64,000 nucleotides of DNA from an uncultured Candidatus Binatia bacterium (GTDB taxonomy: Bacteria > Desulfobacterota > Binatia > UBA9968 > CAXXLF01). Position numbers and translations under genes: made by a program. The notes beneath the pieces were generated by a model. That model saw only the letters and a list, made by a program, of their open reading frames with translations. It made no database searches and was not told where the DNA came from. Every line of letters begins with the position of its first letter. The stretch's first letter is position 1. Location of the stretch: NCBI GenBank assembly GCA_965218425.1, contig OZ244621.1:192001-256000 (forward strand), given 5' to 3'. This document shows positions 51,787 to 62,818 of the stretch, in pieces.

Positions 51787-52200
51787 TTACCGAAATAAAA
51801 TTCCGGGATCGACTTCTTCCCTGACCTTTTTTGGGTCACGGCGATTTTTACCGAGCCTGTAAAAGTTTAGAGTGGTTCCTTTTACCCATTTAGCCAAGAC
51901 AACGTCCCTAGCGTCGTAACGCTTTGCGACTGCACGAAGCCTTCGAATGTCATTGTTCTTGGGAAGGCGAGCACCGCCTCCTTTGACCTGAATCAAGATA
52001 ATTTCGAAGAGGTCGCCACGTTTAAACCTCGATTTGTGAGCACCATGGTCCTTGCGGATCGCCATGAGGTCAACAATTCCTGCCGATTCCCGACCTTTAG
52101 GACCCGGAAAGCCTACCAACTGCCAGCGCCTTGTTGGTTCTACCCTTGCTGATCCCAGATGCTTGCCACTGGTCTCAAACCCAATCCGCCACTCGGTCAT
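51787..52200 (-). CDS. Small PD-(D/E)XK nuclease-like protein (Hjc-like)
   Basis: ESAGIVDLMAIR...IILIQVKGG; start uncertain. Confidence 0.6.
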   Translation of the reverse strand: MTEWRIGFETSGKHLGSARVEPTRRWQLVGFPGPKGRESAGIVDLMAIRKDHGAHKSRFKRGDLFEIILIQVKGGGARLPKNNDIRRLRAVAKRYDARDVVLAKWVKGTTLNFYRLGKNRRDPKKVREEVDPGILFR

Positions 52201-52509
52201 GGTCGTTGACCATTTTGCGGTGTGTATAACTTTGGCAGTCCACGCACCTCATTGTCCGCTCCCACAGGGAACAATCTATTATAATAAAGCCTATATCTCT
52301 CAAAGAGGAATATTAGGAATTAGCCCATTGTAGCTAGGAGAAAACAGCTATCAGCTAGCTAAGAAAAGAGAAAGATTATTAACCGCGGATTGACGCAGAT
52401 TATCGCCGACAATTTGCTCACCGCAGAGGGCGCCAAGTTGGGAGAAGACATACCAACCACGGATTAACGCAGAATCACGCGGATTTACGAGGAGCAAAAA
52501 AGCTATGGA

Positions 52510-53610
52510 TTACGAGAAGGTAAAGATCCCTCGACCCATGATTCGCCCCTCGGCTAGATTCGCGACGGCTTCGTTCACCTGGTCGAGGGAATAGCGCTTT
52601 GTGACCAGGTCGTTTAACCTCAGTTTGCCCTCCCTGTACCACCGAACAAAGATTGGAAAATCGCGGTCGGGCCGGCAGTCCCCCGCGTGGGTCCGTGTGA
52701 AAGTGCGCCCACCCGCGAAAAGCGAAGTGTTCAGGTGAGCCTTTGTATTCGGTGGAGGAAGCCCTACCAGCAGAGCGGTTCCTCCCCTGCTGAGGCCCAG
52801 GGCTCCGGCACGAACAACCTTTAGGATCTGTTCCTGGGTGATGGGCAGACCAACGGCGTCAATGGCATAATCAACCCCTCCATCGGTGAGCGAAACAATT
52901 CTCTCCACGGCATCCACGCTGCTTGCGTTGAACCCATGGGTGGCTCCGAAGCGACGGGCGAAGCTTAGCTTCTCTTCCGTCATATCAATAGCGATGATGG
53001 GATACGCGGCGACAGCTGCGGCGGCGGCAATGGCGCAGAGCCCGATGCCGCCAGCGCCGAAGACGGCGATGGATTCGCCCGCGCGCACCTGGAGCGAGTT
53101 GACGATGGCCCCAACTCCCGTTGGAACGGCACATCCTATGATCGACGCGACGTCGGTAGGTACGTTGCTATCCAGAGGCAGCACAACCCGCTCGGATGCT
53201 ATGACATGCTCCGCCCAGGTTGCGGCCGAGGCCACCACGCTCTTGTCACGCCAGGTGGCCAGGATGGGCGGCCGCTGGTTCAGCGCATGGGAGACGGGGG
53301 GCAGTTTCCCCTCGGCGTTGTTTCTATCAATCCACGTTGTGATGACGTGATCGCCCTCTTTGACATGGTTAACATTACGGCCTTTTGCCACAACCACGCC
53401 GGTGGATTCATGGCCGAGTAAAGTGGGCAATCGCCCTGGGGCCCATGCATCCACGGGGCGGTAGATCTGGTGGAGTTGGGAGTGGCAGATCCCGCTAGCA
53501 AACAGTTTTACCAGCACTTGATCCGGCCCCGGATCCGGAAACGTGACCTCGTCCACAACCAGGGGTTTGTTAGGCTCAACCAACACGGCAGCCCGTGACG
53601 TAACCGGCAT
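52510..53610 (-). CDS. Zinc-binding medium-chain dehydrogenase
   Basis: GICHSQ, LGHESTG, IGCAV, VFGAGGIG. Confidence 0.92.
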   Translation of the reverse strand: MPVTSRAAVLVEPNKPLVVDEVTFPDPGPDQVLVKLFASGICHSQLHQIYRPVDAWAPGRLPTLLGHESTGVVVAKGRNVNHVKEGDHVITTWIDRNNAEGKLPPVSHALNQRPPILATWRDKSVVASAATWAEHVIASERVVLPLDSNVPTDVASIIGCAVPTGVGAIVNSLQVRAGESIAVFGAGGIGLCAIAAAAAVAAYPIIAIDMTEEKLSFARRFGATHGFNASSVDAVERIVSLTDGGVDYAIDAVGLPITQEQILKVVRAGALGLSRGGTALLVGLPPPNTKAHLNTSLFAGGRTFTRTHAGDCRPDRDFPIFVRWYREGKLRLNDLVTKRYSLDQVNEAVANLAEGRIMGRGIFTFS

Positions 53611-54504
53611 GATGTTTCCCCTTTGATGACTGGGTGAAATGAAAGGAGGTAAATTAAACGACCGCAAAGCATCGTGTCAATAGTTAAAAAACTTAGGATG
53701 ATGTACCAGTCTATGTGTAAATTTCGATGGGGGGATAAGGAGTGGAAAAGAACAGGGAATGGCTTTCACATTTGGCCGAGAATCGAGAAAGATCTCGAAG
53801 TGGTTAAGGGATGGGCCTAGGGTATTTTGGGATTGGGAAAAGACAGCAGGGGCGCTACCTCCACAGTTGTACGACAAATACAAACATGGGCAGCGCTCCC
53901 CGATGCCGATCGAGCAAGCAACCCCAAAGAGTGTATCGCGAGCGATGCAAGAGATCAATGGCTTTGAGCGGCAGGGCGACTCTAAACCCATGGCCCGCCA
54001 AGCTCTAAAACACCCGGTCAAAAGCAGCTGGACGAAGAGATGAAGGAGTACTTGGCTCTATCACGCTATGAACATGCGGCGCATCGAGCGGATTATCGTA
54101 TTGGAGTCTAAACACCCCGAAGAAATTTACACATCAGTCTGGACGCTACCAAAACTTAACTGCAGATTTGCACAGATTATCGCGGACCAGCAAACAGCAA
54201 AGCGCAGAGCGTTGCCAGTGCGGAGTAACGAGGACTGAGTCTCCAGAAGAGCGTTAAGTGTTGAGAGAAGAAAGATAATTCACCGCAGAGGCGCTATGGA
54301 GGAAAGACAGTGAACAGTGGGCGGTCGGCAGCAAATATTACACAGCAAATACGTTTCCTTGACTCGGTTACATGGAGTGATATAGGAGCGTTACGAGCAA
54401 GTAAAAAACAGGGTAACCTCTCACGGCCTTGCTAAGCCGTTGATTCGGTGGTGGATGTTTTAAATTCCTAAAGGGGAAAAAGAACTTTCTAAAAAGGTGT
54501 ATTT

Positions 54505-55755
54505 ATGGGGGGAGAAGAAAACGAACTATTGACTCAAACGGGACAAGGAACGCTGTGCGGAGAACTGATGCGACGGTATTGGCAGCCGGCAGCGCTGTCA
54601 GACGAGGTTGTTCCAGGGGGGACGCCGTTGCCGGTGAAATTGTTCGGGGAGGACCTAGTGCTATTTCGGGACGACGAGGGCCGGCCAGGACTATTGGGGC
54701 TCCATTGCTCCCACAGGGGCGCAGATCTGAGTTACGGTCGTGTGGAAGACGGAGGGTTACGGTGCATCTATCACGGTTGGCTGTACGATATTCACGGCGG
54801 CTGTTTGGATCAGCCAGGGGAACCCGGGGGAGGCGAGCATAGAGGATCCATACGTCACCCGGCCTATCCCTGTGTGGAGGCGGCAGGAGTTGTTTTTGCC
54901 TACCTGGGCCCGGGGGATCCGCCCTTGTTTCCCAACTATGAATTTCTGAACGCGTCAGAGAAGTACACAACTATCGGTAAATACTTCCATAACTGCAACT
55001 ACCTTCAGGCCAACGAAGGAAACATCGATCTGTCCCACCTCACCTTTCTGCACTACCTCAATAGAGATCCTGGAGCGGCGGACAAAAGCTTGGACCCTAG
55101 GGGAGCGGCGCCAACCATTGAGGAAGCAGAAGCAGAATTAACCGGCTTTGGAGTGCGCAGCTGCAAAATTCGGCGTGACCCAGAATCAAACGAATATCGC
55201 CTCTATATTACGGACTTTGTTGTTCCTAACTTCACCGCCCATTGGGGCAATATCGGTAACGGGAAGAAGGGCTACTCGGTCAATTGGCATGTGTCCATCG
55301 ACGATACTCATCATTGGAAGTATATGTTCAGTTTTAGGAGAGACCAACGACTGGACCCGGAACAGGATCGTAGGTGGCGCCGCGATGTGGACAGTAATTT
55401 CAAGTTCCTCCGCAACGGAACCAATCGCTATCTCCAAGACAGAGAGACTATGCAAAAGGAGGTATACACCGGCTTAGGGCATTCATTCCCGCTCCATGAT
55501 TGTTGGGCCACAGAAAGTCAAGGTTCCATTCAGGACAGAGCTAATGAGCATCTGGTCTCTATGGACAAACCCATATTAGCAGCGAGGAAGATACTCCGAA
55601 ACGCGATCATGGCTGTAAAGGAAGGAAAGGATCCACCCAATGTGGTTCGGGACCCCAAGTTAAATCGGTTTCATATCATTGCCACTGACGACGTCGTTCC
55701 ATGCTCGAAAGACTGGAAAGAATTCTGCAAAGAATTAGAGGCCTTGGTTCCATAA
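54505..55755 (+). CDS. Rieske oxygenase, phthalate 4,5-dioxygenase/LigX-like
   Basis: GELMRRYWQP, CSHRGADL...CIYHGW, EGNIDLSHLTFLH, HDCWATESQG. Confidence 0.92.
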   Translation: MGGEENELLTQTGQGTLCGELMRRYWQPAALSDEVVPGGTPLPVKLFGEDLVLFRDDEGRPGLLGLHCSHRGADLSYGRVEDGGLRCIYHGWLYDIHGGCLDQPGEPGGGEHRGSIRHPAYPCVEAAGVVFAYLGPGDPPLFPNYEFLNASEKYTTIGKYFHNCNYLQANEGNIDLSHLTFLHYLNRDPGAADKSLDPRGAAPTIEEAEAELTGFGVRSCKIRRDPESNEYRLYITDFVVPNFTAHWGNIGNGKKGYSVNWHVSIDDTHHWKYMFSFRRDQRLDPEQDRRWRRDVDSNFKFLRNGTNRYLQDRETMQKEVYTGLGHSFPLHDCWATESQGSIQDRANEHLVSMDKPILAARKILRNAIMAVKEGKDPPNVVRDPKLNRFHIIATDDVVPCSKDWKEFCKELEALVP

Positions 55756-56340
55756 CATAGCCAAGTCGGCACAACCAAGGGAGAGACCATAAAACCTGGA
55801 ATGGGGTTTGCCGACAAAAATCCTCCCTCCACATTCCTCATGTCGGACGCCACCGTTTCAAGCGTACTTTTCGTTAACCGCTCGATGGTAAAAAAGACTG
55901 ATTTTAATTCTTTGAAAGATTTGTTGGATTCCCGTTGGAAGGGAAAGATCGTCATGGATGATCCCCGCCGTGAAGGTTCAGGAGTCAACGCCCTTTCGAT
56001 TTTGGCGGCCAACTACGGTAAGGACTTTGTGCGCCAGCTCCTCACCCAGCAGGAGGTGGTATTTTCCAGGAATCGCCGCCAGATCGCCGAATGGCTGCTT
56101 CGGGGGAGATATCCGCTCGCCATGGCAGTCAGCTCGCAGGAGGTAGCTGATTTTAGAAAACGTGGGATAGGAAAACATGTGGAACGCTTCAAGGCTAAGT
56201 TCCCCGTGGCGGATACTTATTCCCCTGGTTTTGGCGGAGTAGCCCTTTTTAGCAAGGCCCCTCATTCGAACGCTGCAAAGGTATATCTCAATTGGCTTCT
56301 TTCCAAGAAAGGGCAGCAAGCTTGGGCGCAGGTTACCCTG
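55756..56340 (+). pseudogene. Internal fragment of a solute-binding protein
   Basis: DLLDSRWKGKI, APHSNAAKVYLNW; both ends missing. Confidence 0.75.
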
Positions 56341-56815
56341 GTCGGTTCCGGGTATTCTCATGGGGATGGGATTCCCGTGGTTTACGCTAGGTACCCCAGT
56401 TCTTCGGCCCCTTTATGGAACCATGAGCATCCTGGTGGTGTCATCCCTGTTCGGCATGATGGCCGTTGGAACCCAAATCATCAAAAGCAATCTGCTTCAA
56501 CTTGGGCAGGAGCTTGAGGAGGCCTCACGAACGGCGGGCGGGACATGGGTGCAGACCTTCCGGCGTGTGTTGATGCCTATACTCTCACCAGTACTGCTAG
56601 TGGTAGCTATTCTTACCTTTGTGTCTGCCGCACGCGATATCAGTAATATGGTTCCGCTAGCGACCCCAGCGACGAGACCCTTTCTCTCCTCATGCTCGAT
56701 TTTTTGGCCGAGTATCGCTACGAAGGGGCAGCCGCGGTCTCTTGTGTTGTTGCCATTATGACCATCGGCTTGGCTTTGATGGCTCGATCCATCGGACTTC
56801 GACGGGGCATCAGGG
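56341..56815 (+). pseudogene. C-terminal fragment of an ABC permease, frameshifted
   Basis: LYGTMSIL...QELEEASRTAGG...AARDIS, paralogous to 4405-6120. Confidence 0.75.
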
Positions 56816-56985
56816 TCTGAACTCTGACCGTGCCGTCAGGTGCTTGGATGGGACATTTTGAGTTCTTGACAGGCGGTCAAGATATCGGATAAGTCTCGCT
56901 GCTATCTTGTCCGCGGTCGAACAAACGGGGAGAAAAACCTGACACGGAGGAAGCTCAACAAACCTTCCTTTAATGGAGTGTTCTG

Positions 56986-57927
56986 ATGGCTGATTTGAGA
57001 CTTTCCATCTCATGTGGTTCCTATGACCGTACACTCCCGCTGCTGGACGGCCGGGTAAAGCCCGAGGGTATCCAGCTGGAATTCGTACCGACTCTGAGGC
57101 CTGGTAGTCCCATGGGCTCACCTGATGCGGATATGTACGAAGCTTCCATTACCGCAGAGCTAATGAAGGATGTGCAGGAAAGCCACATAGCTCTTCCGAT
57201 TTTTCCACGTAGGAAATTCACCCACCAACTGCTACTGACCAGGACCGATTCAGGCATCTCTTCCTTGGAAGAATTTGTCGGGAAAAAAATAGGGATCCTT
57301 AGGGGGTATGCACACCCCTTGGGTGTCTGGCTCAGAGGTTACTTAAAAGATAAGCATGGTATTCCCGCAGAGCAGATCCATTGGTTTACGGAGAGCCAAG
57401 GCTCATATTCCGAAGTTAGCATGAAGGAAGTTCAAATGACTTTGATTCCGAAGGGTAAAAGCCTGGTACAGATGTTGGTTGCCGGGGAGCTGGACGTTTT
57501 GGCCGAGGAGAATGCGCACAGGCTGGTGCAGGAACACCCCAATCTCAGAAGAGTCTTTCCAAACTTCAAAGAGGCCGAGACCGATTATTTTAAAGAGGCT
57601 GGCTTTTTTCCCAGCTATCATGTCATGGCCATTAAAAAAAGGGTCGTAGGTGAACATGGTTGGTCGGTGGGGAGCTTACTGAAGGCCTATGAGGATGCAA
57701 AACAAATGGCCCTTGAAGCCCTGGACCGAGACAATTCACTTTTGAGCTCTCCGTGGGTAAGTCATCTTTTACAAGAGCAGGCTAGCTTGTTGAACCGGGA
57801 CATGTATCCCTACGGCCTTGCGGCAAATAAAAATGAGCTGGAAACCCTAACCCGTTATTTATACCAACAGGGTTTAACAACCAGACAGGTTCCAGTGCAG
57901 GAAGTATTCGCGCAGGAGATTTCTTAG
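56986..57927 (+). CDS. 4,5-dihydroxyphthalate decarboxylase-like protein
   Basis: LRLSISCGSYDRTLPLLDGRVKPEGI, LPIFPRRKF, YPYGLAANKNELETL...QQGL. Confidence 0.82.
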   Translation: MADLRLSISCGSYDRTLPLLDGRVKPEGIQLEFVPTLRPGSPMGSPDADMYEASITAELMKDVQESHIALPIFPRRKFTHQLLLTRTDSGISSLEEFVGKKIGILRGYAHPLGVWLRGYLKDKHGIPAEQIHWFTESQGSYSEVSMKEVQMTLIPKGKSLVQMLVAGELDVLAEENAHRLVQEHPNLRRVFPNFKEAETDYFKEAGFFPSYHVMAIKKRVVGEHGWSVGSLLKAYEDAKQMALEALDRDNSLLSSPWVSHLLQEQASLLNRDMYPYGLAANKNELETLTRYLYQQGLTTRQVPVQEVFAQEIS

Positions 57928-58316
57928 GTGGTGGTTTAGAGCTTCGGGTTAAGGTGGATTTATGAGCGAGGTATTGAGGTTGGGCTTTGCAGGTCTTGGC
58001 GAGGCCGCCACCATGGTGCTACCGGATGTACTGGAACTTCCCTTTATCAAGGTGACGGCGGCGGCAGACCTACGCAAGGACGCACGAGAGAGATTTCGAC
58101 AGGAATTGAATGGGAAGGTATTTGAAAGCATCGAGGAACTTTCTGGGAGCCCCGATGTGGATGTTGTATACGTTGCAACGCCACATGAAATGCATGCGCA
58201 GCATGCCATTGTTGCCCTGGAGAATAAAAAGCATGTAATCGTTGAGAAGCCCATGGCCCTTACCCTGCAGGATTGTGAAAGGATGAACCATGCGGCGGGG
58301 AAAAATGGGGTCAAGC

Positions 58317-59559
58317 TGAAGCGACCCGGGTTTCACGGACAGTTAATTAAGCCACACGTTTGATCGAGTCATATGCCATTGGGGTGTGGTATCCCAACGA
58401 CTCATGCTTTCTTCTTCGGTTATAAAACAGTTCAATGTAGTCGAAGATATCCGACCTAGCGTCCTGCCTCGTCTTATAATCCTGATGGTGTACAAGTTCA
58501 TTCTTTAGTGAGCTGAACAAACTCTCGACCACTGCATTGTCGTAGCAATTCCCTTTGCGGCTCATGCTGCGCACCACCCCATGGCGTTTGAGCAACTCAA
58601 CGTAGTGATTGCTAGCGTATTGGATTCCTTGGTCGCTATGGTGAATCAGCCCCGCCATAGGCTGGCGCTGTTCGATAGCCATCAGTAAAGCTTCACTGAC
58701 CAACTCCTGTGTGGGACGTTGCTTCATTGACCATCCCACCACCAGCCGAGAGTAAAGGTCCACCACTACCGCCAGGTATAACCACCCAGATCGGGTACCA
58801 ATGAAGGTAATATCGGCCATCCATACCTGGTCGGGGCCTGACGCTTCGAAGCGTTGACGCAACAAGTTCGGTGCCGGTGGCGCACTGTGACGAGCCTTGT
58901 AGGCCAATCGAAACCTTTGCACCCGACGCGTCTCTATCCCCACTAAACTCCTCAGCCTCGCCACCCCATGCTTCCCACATGTCACCCCCGCCTCCTTCAG
59001 CGTCAGCCATGTCTTGACTGCCCCGTACGCTTCCTTGTAGCTCTCGTGCACCTTGCGGATCTCTTTGATCACAACCTTATCCTGTGCTCTACGCCGAGAC
59101 TCCCCTCGACCGCTCCAGTCGTAGTACCCACTACGACTGACCTCTAATACCTCGCACATCCTCACTACCCTAAACTCTGTCCTGTGAGCTCGTATAAACG
59201 CGTACTTTACTTGAGCTCCTTGGCAAAGTACGCTGCGGCCTTTTTTAATATATCTCGTTGTTCCGTTACCCGCTCCAGCTCTCGCCTTAACCGTGCTACC
59301 TCATCGTTGTCTCTACCTCGACCTGTGCCGGGAAACGCAGCCGCCCCTTTCCTCGTCACTTGCTCCTGCCACTTGTACAGTCGATTGCGAGGTACTCCCA
59401 GTTCCCGTGCAATCTCCGCTGCTGGCCGAGCGCCCGCCTCCAGCAGTCGAACAGCTTCCAACTTAAACTCTTGGGTGAAACGCCTTCGCTTGCCCATCGA
59501 ACACCTCCTGCGGGGATCTTGTCCCCTTTTTAGGTGTCCGTCAAACCTGGGCTACCTCA
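58317..59559 (-). mobile_element. IS3-family insertion sequence, apparently intact, with 3-bp target duplication AGC
   Basis: TG...CA TIRs; AGC at 58314-58316 and 59560-59562. Confidence 0.95.
58347..59497 (-). CDS. IS3 transposase orfA (59207-59497) and orfB (58347-~59200), with an A6G frameshift motif
   Basis: orfA HTH FTQEFKLEAV...ILKKAAAYF; orfB WMADIT, HSDQG, GNCYDNAVVES. Confidence 0.93.
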
Positions 59560-59762
59560 AGCTTCTGTGCGGGCACACCCATAGTTTTGACCCCCCATTA
59601 AAAAAATGAGAGAGATTATCAAGAGCGAGGCCCTTGGCAGGGTACTGATGATCAACACCTGGAATTACAATGACTTCATGGTTCGACCCTATCCCGATCA
59701 GGAACTGGAGATGAGTCGAGGGGTGGCGTTGAATCAGGGGCCGCACCAAGTGGACATTGTAA

Positions 59763-60764
59763 GGAGAAGCGGGTCAATGTCTATATATGGGGCACCACTG
59801 CGCTCCTGGACGAGGGCGTATTCCAGAAGGCCTTCCCTGGAATCAAGGTTGTTGGGGTGACGGGGAGAGGCGGGCGAATTTTACAGTGAGTTTTGGCTGA
59901 GCGGAGAGCCGGGAAATTCATTCCAGATATTATGATTCATGGAGCTAACCCCAACTACACTGTTTTTTATCCCAAGCGGTTCCTAGCACCCCTCATGCCC
60001 GCCCTCATATTACCAGAGGTTTTGGATGAGTCCAAATGGTGGGAGGGACAGCACCGCTGGGTTGACCGCGAAAGACAATATGTTTTTGTGGCTTTGGGTA
60101 GTCCATCCTCAGGAGGATTTCATTACAATACCAAGCTTATCGATCCGAAGGAGTTTAAATCGTTTTGGGACTTCCTGGATCCCAAGTGCAAGGAAAGATC
60201 CTTGCTCAGGAGATTAGAGGGAATCCAGGGCGAGCCCGGGCCCCTCTAACATTCTTGTATCATAACCCAAAGCTGGGGCCTAAATTCCTAAGGCGATTTT
60301 ATGGGGAGATGGACGTTGGGTTATTTAGAAATGAACGTATTGGAACTGACTGGCTAGCAGTGGGCAAATACCCTTTATGCTTCGCCTGTATCACCCGTCG
60401 ACCCAAGCTCCAGGGACTTCCAGTGGACGCATTTGGTCTCTTGAAGGAGGGCGAGGCGCTCTCCCCGGGGGGCGGCACAGTGGCCCTCATGAACAGGTCG
60501 CCACACCCAAACGCAGCAAAGGTCTTTGTCAACTGGTTTCTTTCGCGTGAGGGGCAAATAACATTCCAAAGAGCAGGACAGATACCCGGGGATTCTTCCT
60601 ACAATTCACTTAGAGAAGATATCCCCAAGAAGGTTATCCGACCTGATCGACTGCGGGTGAAGGAGGTTAAATATCAACCGACCGACCGTTGGGATGTGCT
60701 CGATCTACAACCCATCTTCAATATCATTAATGAGGGGTTAAAGCAGGCCGGAAAACGTAAATAG
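59763..60764 (+). pseudogene. Solute-binding protein pseudogene
   Basis: Split over frames (59893-60249, 60165-60764) with an upstream stop; SPHPNAAKVFVNW; N-terminus missing. Confidence 0.8.
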
Positions 60765-60791
60765 CAAGTTCACTTGAGGCAGGAGACCAGC

Positions 60792-62428
60792 ATGGCCTAT
60801 TTTCGAGATCTACGCGAGTTCGTTCAACACCTTAAACAGCAACAAAAGTTATACCGATATGTGCATCGGATCAACAAAGATACCGATCTCTATCCGCTTT
60901 ATCGAGTTCAGATGCGCGGCCTTCGAGACGAAGAACGAAAGGTTTCTCTTTTTGAGAACGTGGTGGGGGCCCAGAATTCCAACTATGACATGTCGGTTCT
61001 AGCAGGAGTTTACGGGGCCTCGGAGGAGACCCTGGGGCTCGGAATGGGCTGTAAAGAATACGTGGAGATGCTGGAAAAATGGCATCACGCTCTAATCCAT
61101 CCGGTACCTCCGGTTATAGTGGATGAGGGTCCGGTTCAGGAAGCGGTGCACGTGGGGAAAGAAATTAAAGAGTTGGGCCTGGATGAGTTTCCTGCGCCTG
61201 TAGAGGAGCCAGGATTTAGTGGAATGATTCGCACGGGCCTCCCAATGATCACCAAGGACCCGGAAACCGGAATGCGCAATGTTGGCACCTATCATGGATT
61301 TTTCCGTGCCCGTGATCGCTTGGCGGCTGGTATCGGCCCAATTAGGGCTCCCATGGCATATCATTGGCTGGAAGCACGCAAGCGTGAGCAAGGTCTGCCC
61401 CTAGCAATTGTCATTGGTTCGACTCCCAATGTTATGCTGGTTGGATCCGCCGAAATTCCATATGGTGTAGATGAGTTAGCCGTTGCTGGGGGTATTGCCG
61501 ATTCTCCTGTTGAGCTGGTCAAGTGTCGTACCATTCCCCTTGAGGTCCCTGCTCACGCTGAGGCCGTGATCGAAGGATTGCTGTCTACTGAGGTGATGGA
61601 GCCACGTTTACCTTTTGGTAAGTACCCGGGCTACCTAAACCCGGAGATAAATCTGATTCCAGTGATGCACGTGACTGCAGTGACCCATCGCAAAAACGCC
61701 ATGTTTACCCCGGTTCTCGTAGGCTTTCCTCCCAGCGATACCAACATTGTTTGGGGTTTTGCTCATAGCGCCATTTTGTACAACCATCTGAAATACGAGT
61801 GCAATCTACCTGTAGATGAAGTTTATTTCCCCCAGTTAGGCGGAGGAAGTCATTTCTGCCTACTCCGAGTTGCGGAAGGCGCGTCACAGGAAATGGTGAC
61901 GCAGATTCTCGAGGCGGCGGCAAAACAAAGGAGCGTCAGGTTTAAGTATGCCGTGGCAGTGGATTCGGACATTAACCTGCGAGATCCTGAACTTTTAGTC
62001 TGGTCTTTGTGCTTTAGGACACAACCCCAGGAAGACTTGACGGTTCTCCACGAGGGTGGTTCCAGCGGGCTGGATCCATCCGCGGCCCCTACAGGGTCGG
62101 GTCGTGGAAGGTTGAGGTCCCAACGGAAACAAGATTACTCCCGAGTGTTAATCAACGCGACGCGAAAGTGGCCTTATCCTCCTGTTGCGCTGCCGCGAAA
62201 AGATTTTATGGACAGATCTCTTCAAATCTGGGGGGAAAAGTGGATATGCCTCAACCAAGAATGCAAGAGCCTTGGAGTGGGTATTCCCTCGGATACTGGA
62301 CTGAGGAATTACAAGATTATGCCCATCTGATCGTCCAAGGAAAATCTCTTGCCGTAGGTGAAAAAGCAATCAAACTTCAGGAGAAGGTTACAGAAAACAT
62401 GATCAGGCGGCCCACCAGGAAACCGTGA
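60792..62428 (+). pseudogene. UbiD-family decarboxylase, frameshifted near 62230
   Basis: YFRDLREF, NVGTY, PFGKYPGY; C-terminus (EPWSGYSLGYWTEE) continues in another frame after a G6A4 run. Confidence 0.8.
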
Positions 62429-62701
62429 GCTGTTGCGATCGTAATTCTAGAAACCGAGGAGTCCAGCCTAGATTGTGGCACGAATAGCTATCAGCGGTCA
62501 GCAATTCAGGACTGAGTAATGAGTCCTGAGTACTGACGTCTTGCGCAAGGCGCCAATGGCTACCAGCCAATCAAGAGAGGAAGACACGGGCAATGAGCAG
62601 TAAGCAGCAAATCAGTACTGAGTAAAAAGTGCTGAGTTGGGGGAAGAGAGTGGAGGGGGTAGGGAAAACAGTGTTGAGGGAAAAGTTGGAAGAGAGGGGT
62701 A

Positions 62702-62729
62702 TTGACAGGGGGACGGGTTTAAAGATAAT
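62702..62729 (+). promoter_or_regulatory. Putative sigma70 promoter
   Basis: TTGACA-N16-GATAAT upstream of the amidohydrolase. Confidence 0.5.
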
Positions 62730-62818
62730 AGAGTGGTTGATCGGAGGGGTGCGGAGAGTCCAAGGCTTCCGATGTTAGGGAGATTCGACGTTCTCAATCC
62801 GGAAAGGAGAAAGTCCTT

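Larger units (their letters stand above)
57962..59762 (+). pseudogene. Gfo/Idh/MocA oxidoreductase (phthalate cis-dihydrodiol dehydrogenase-like), IS3-interrupted, frameshifted and truncated
   Basis: GFAGLG, ATPHEMH, EKPMA before the IS; LCGHTHSFD...NQGPHQVDIV after it. Confidence 0.88.

Noticed and set aside
53759..54150. 94-aa ORF and downstream fragments
   Set aside because: Probably a decayed gene, but no family recognised
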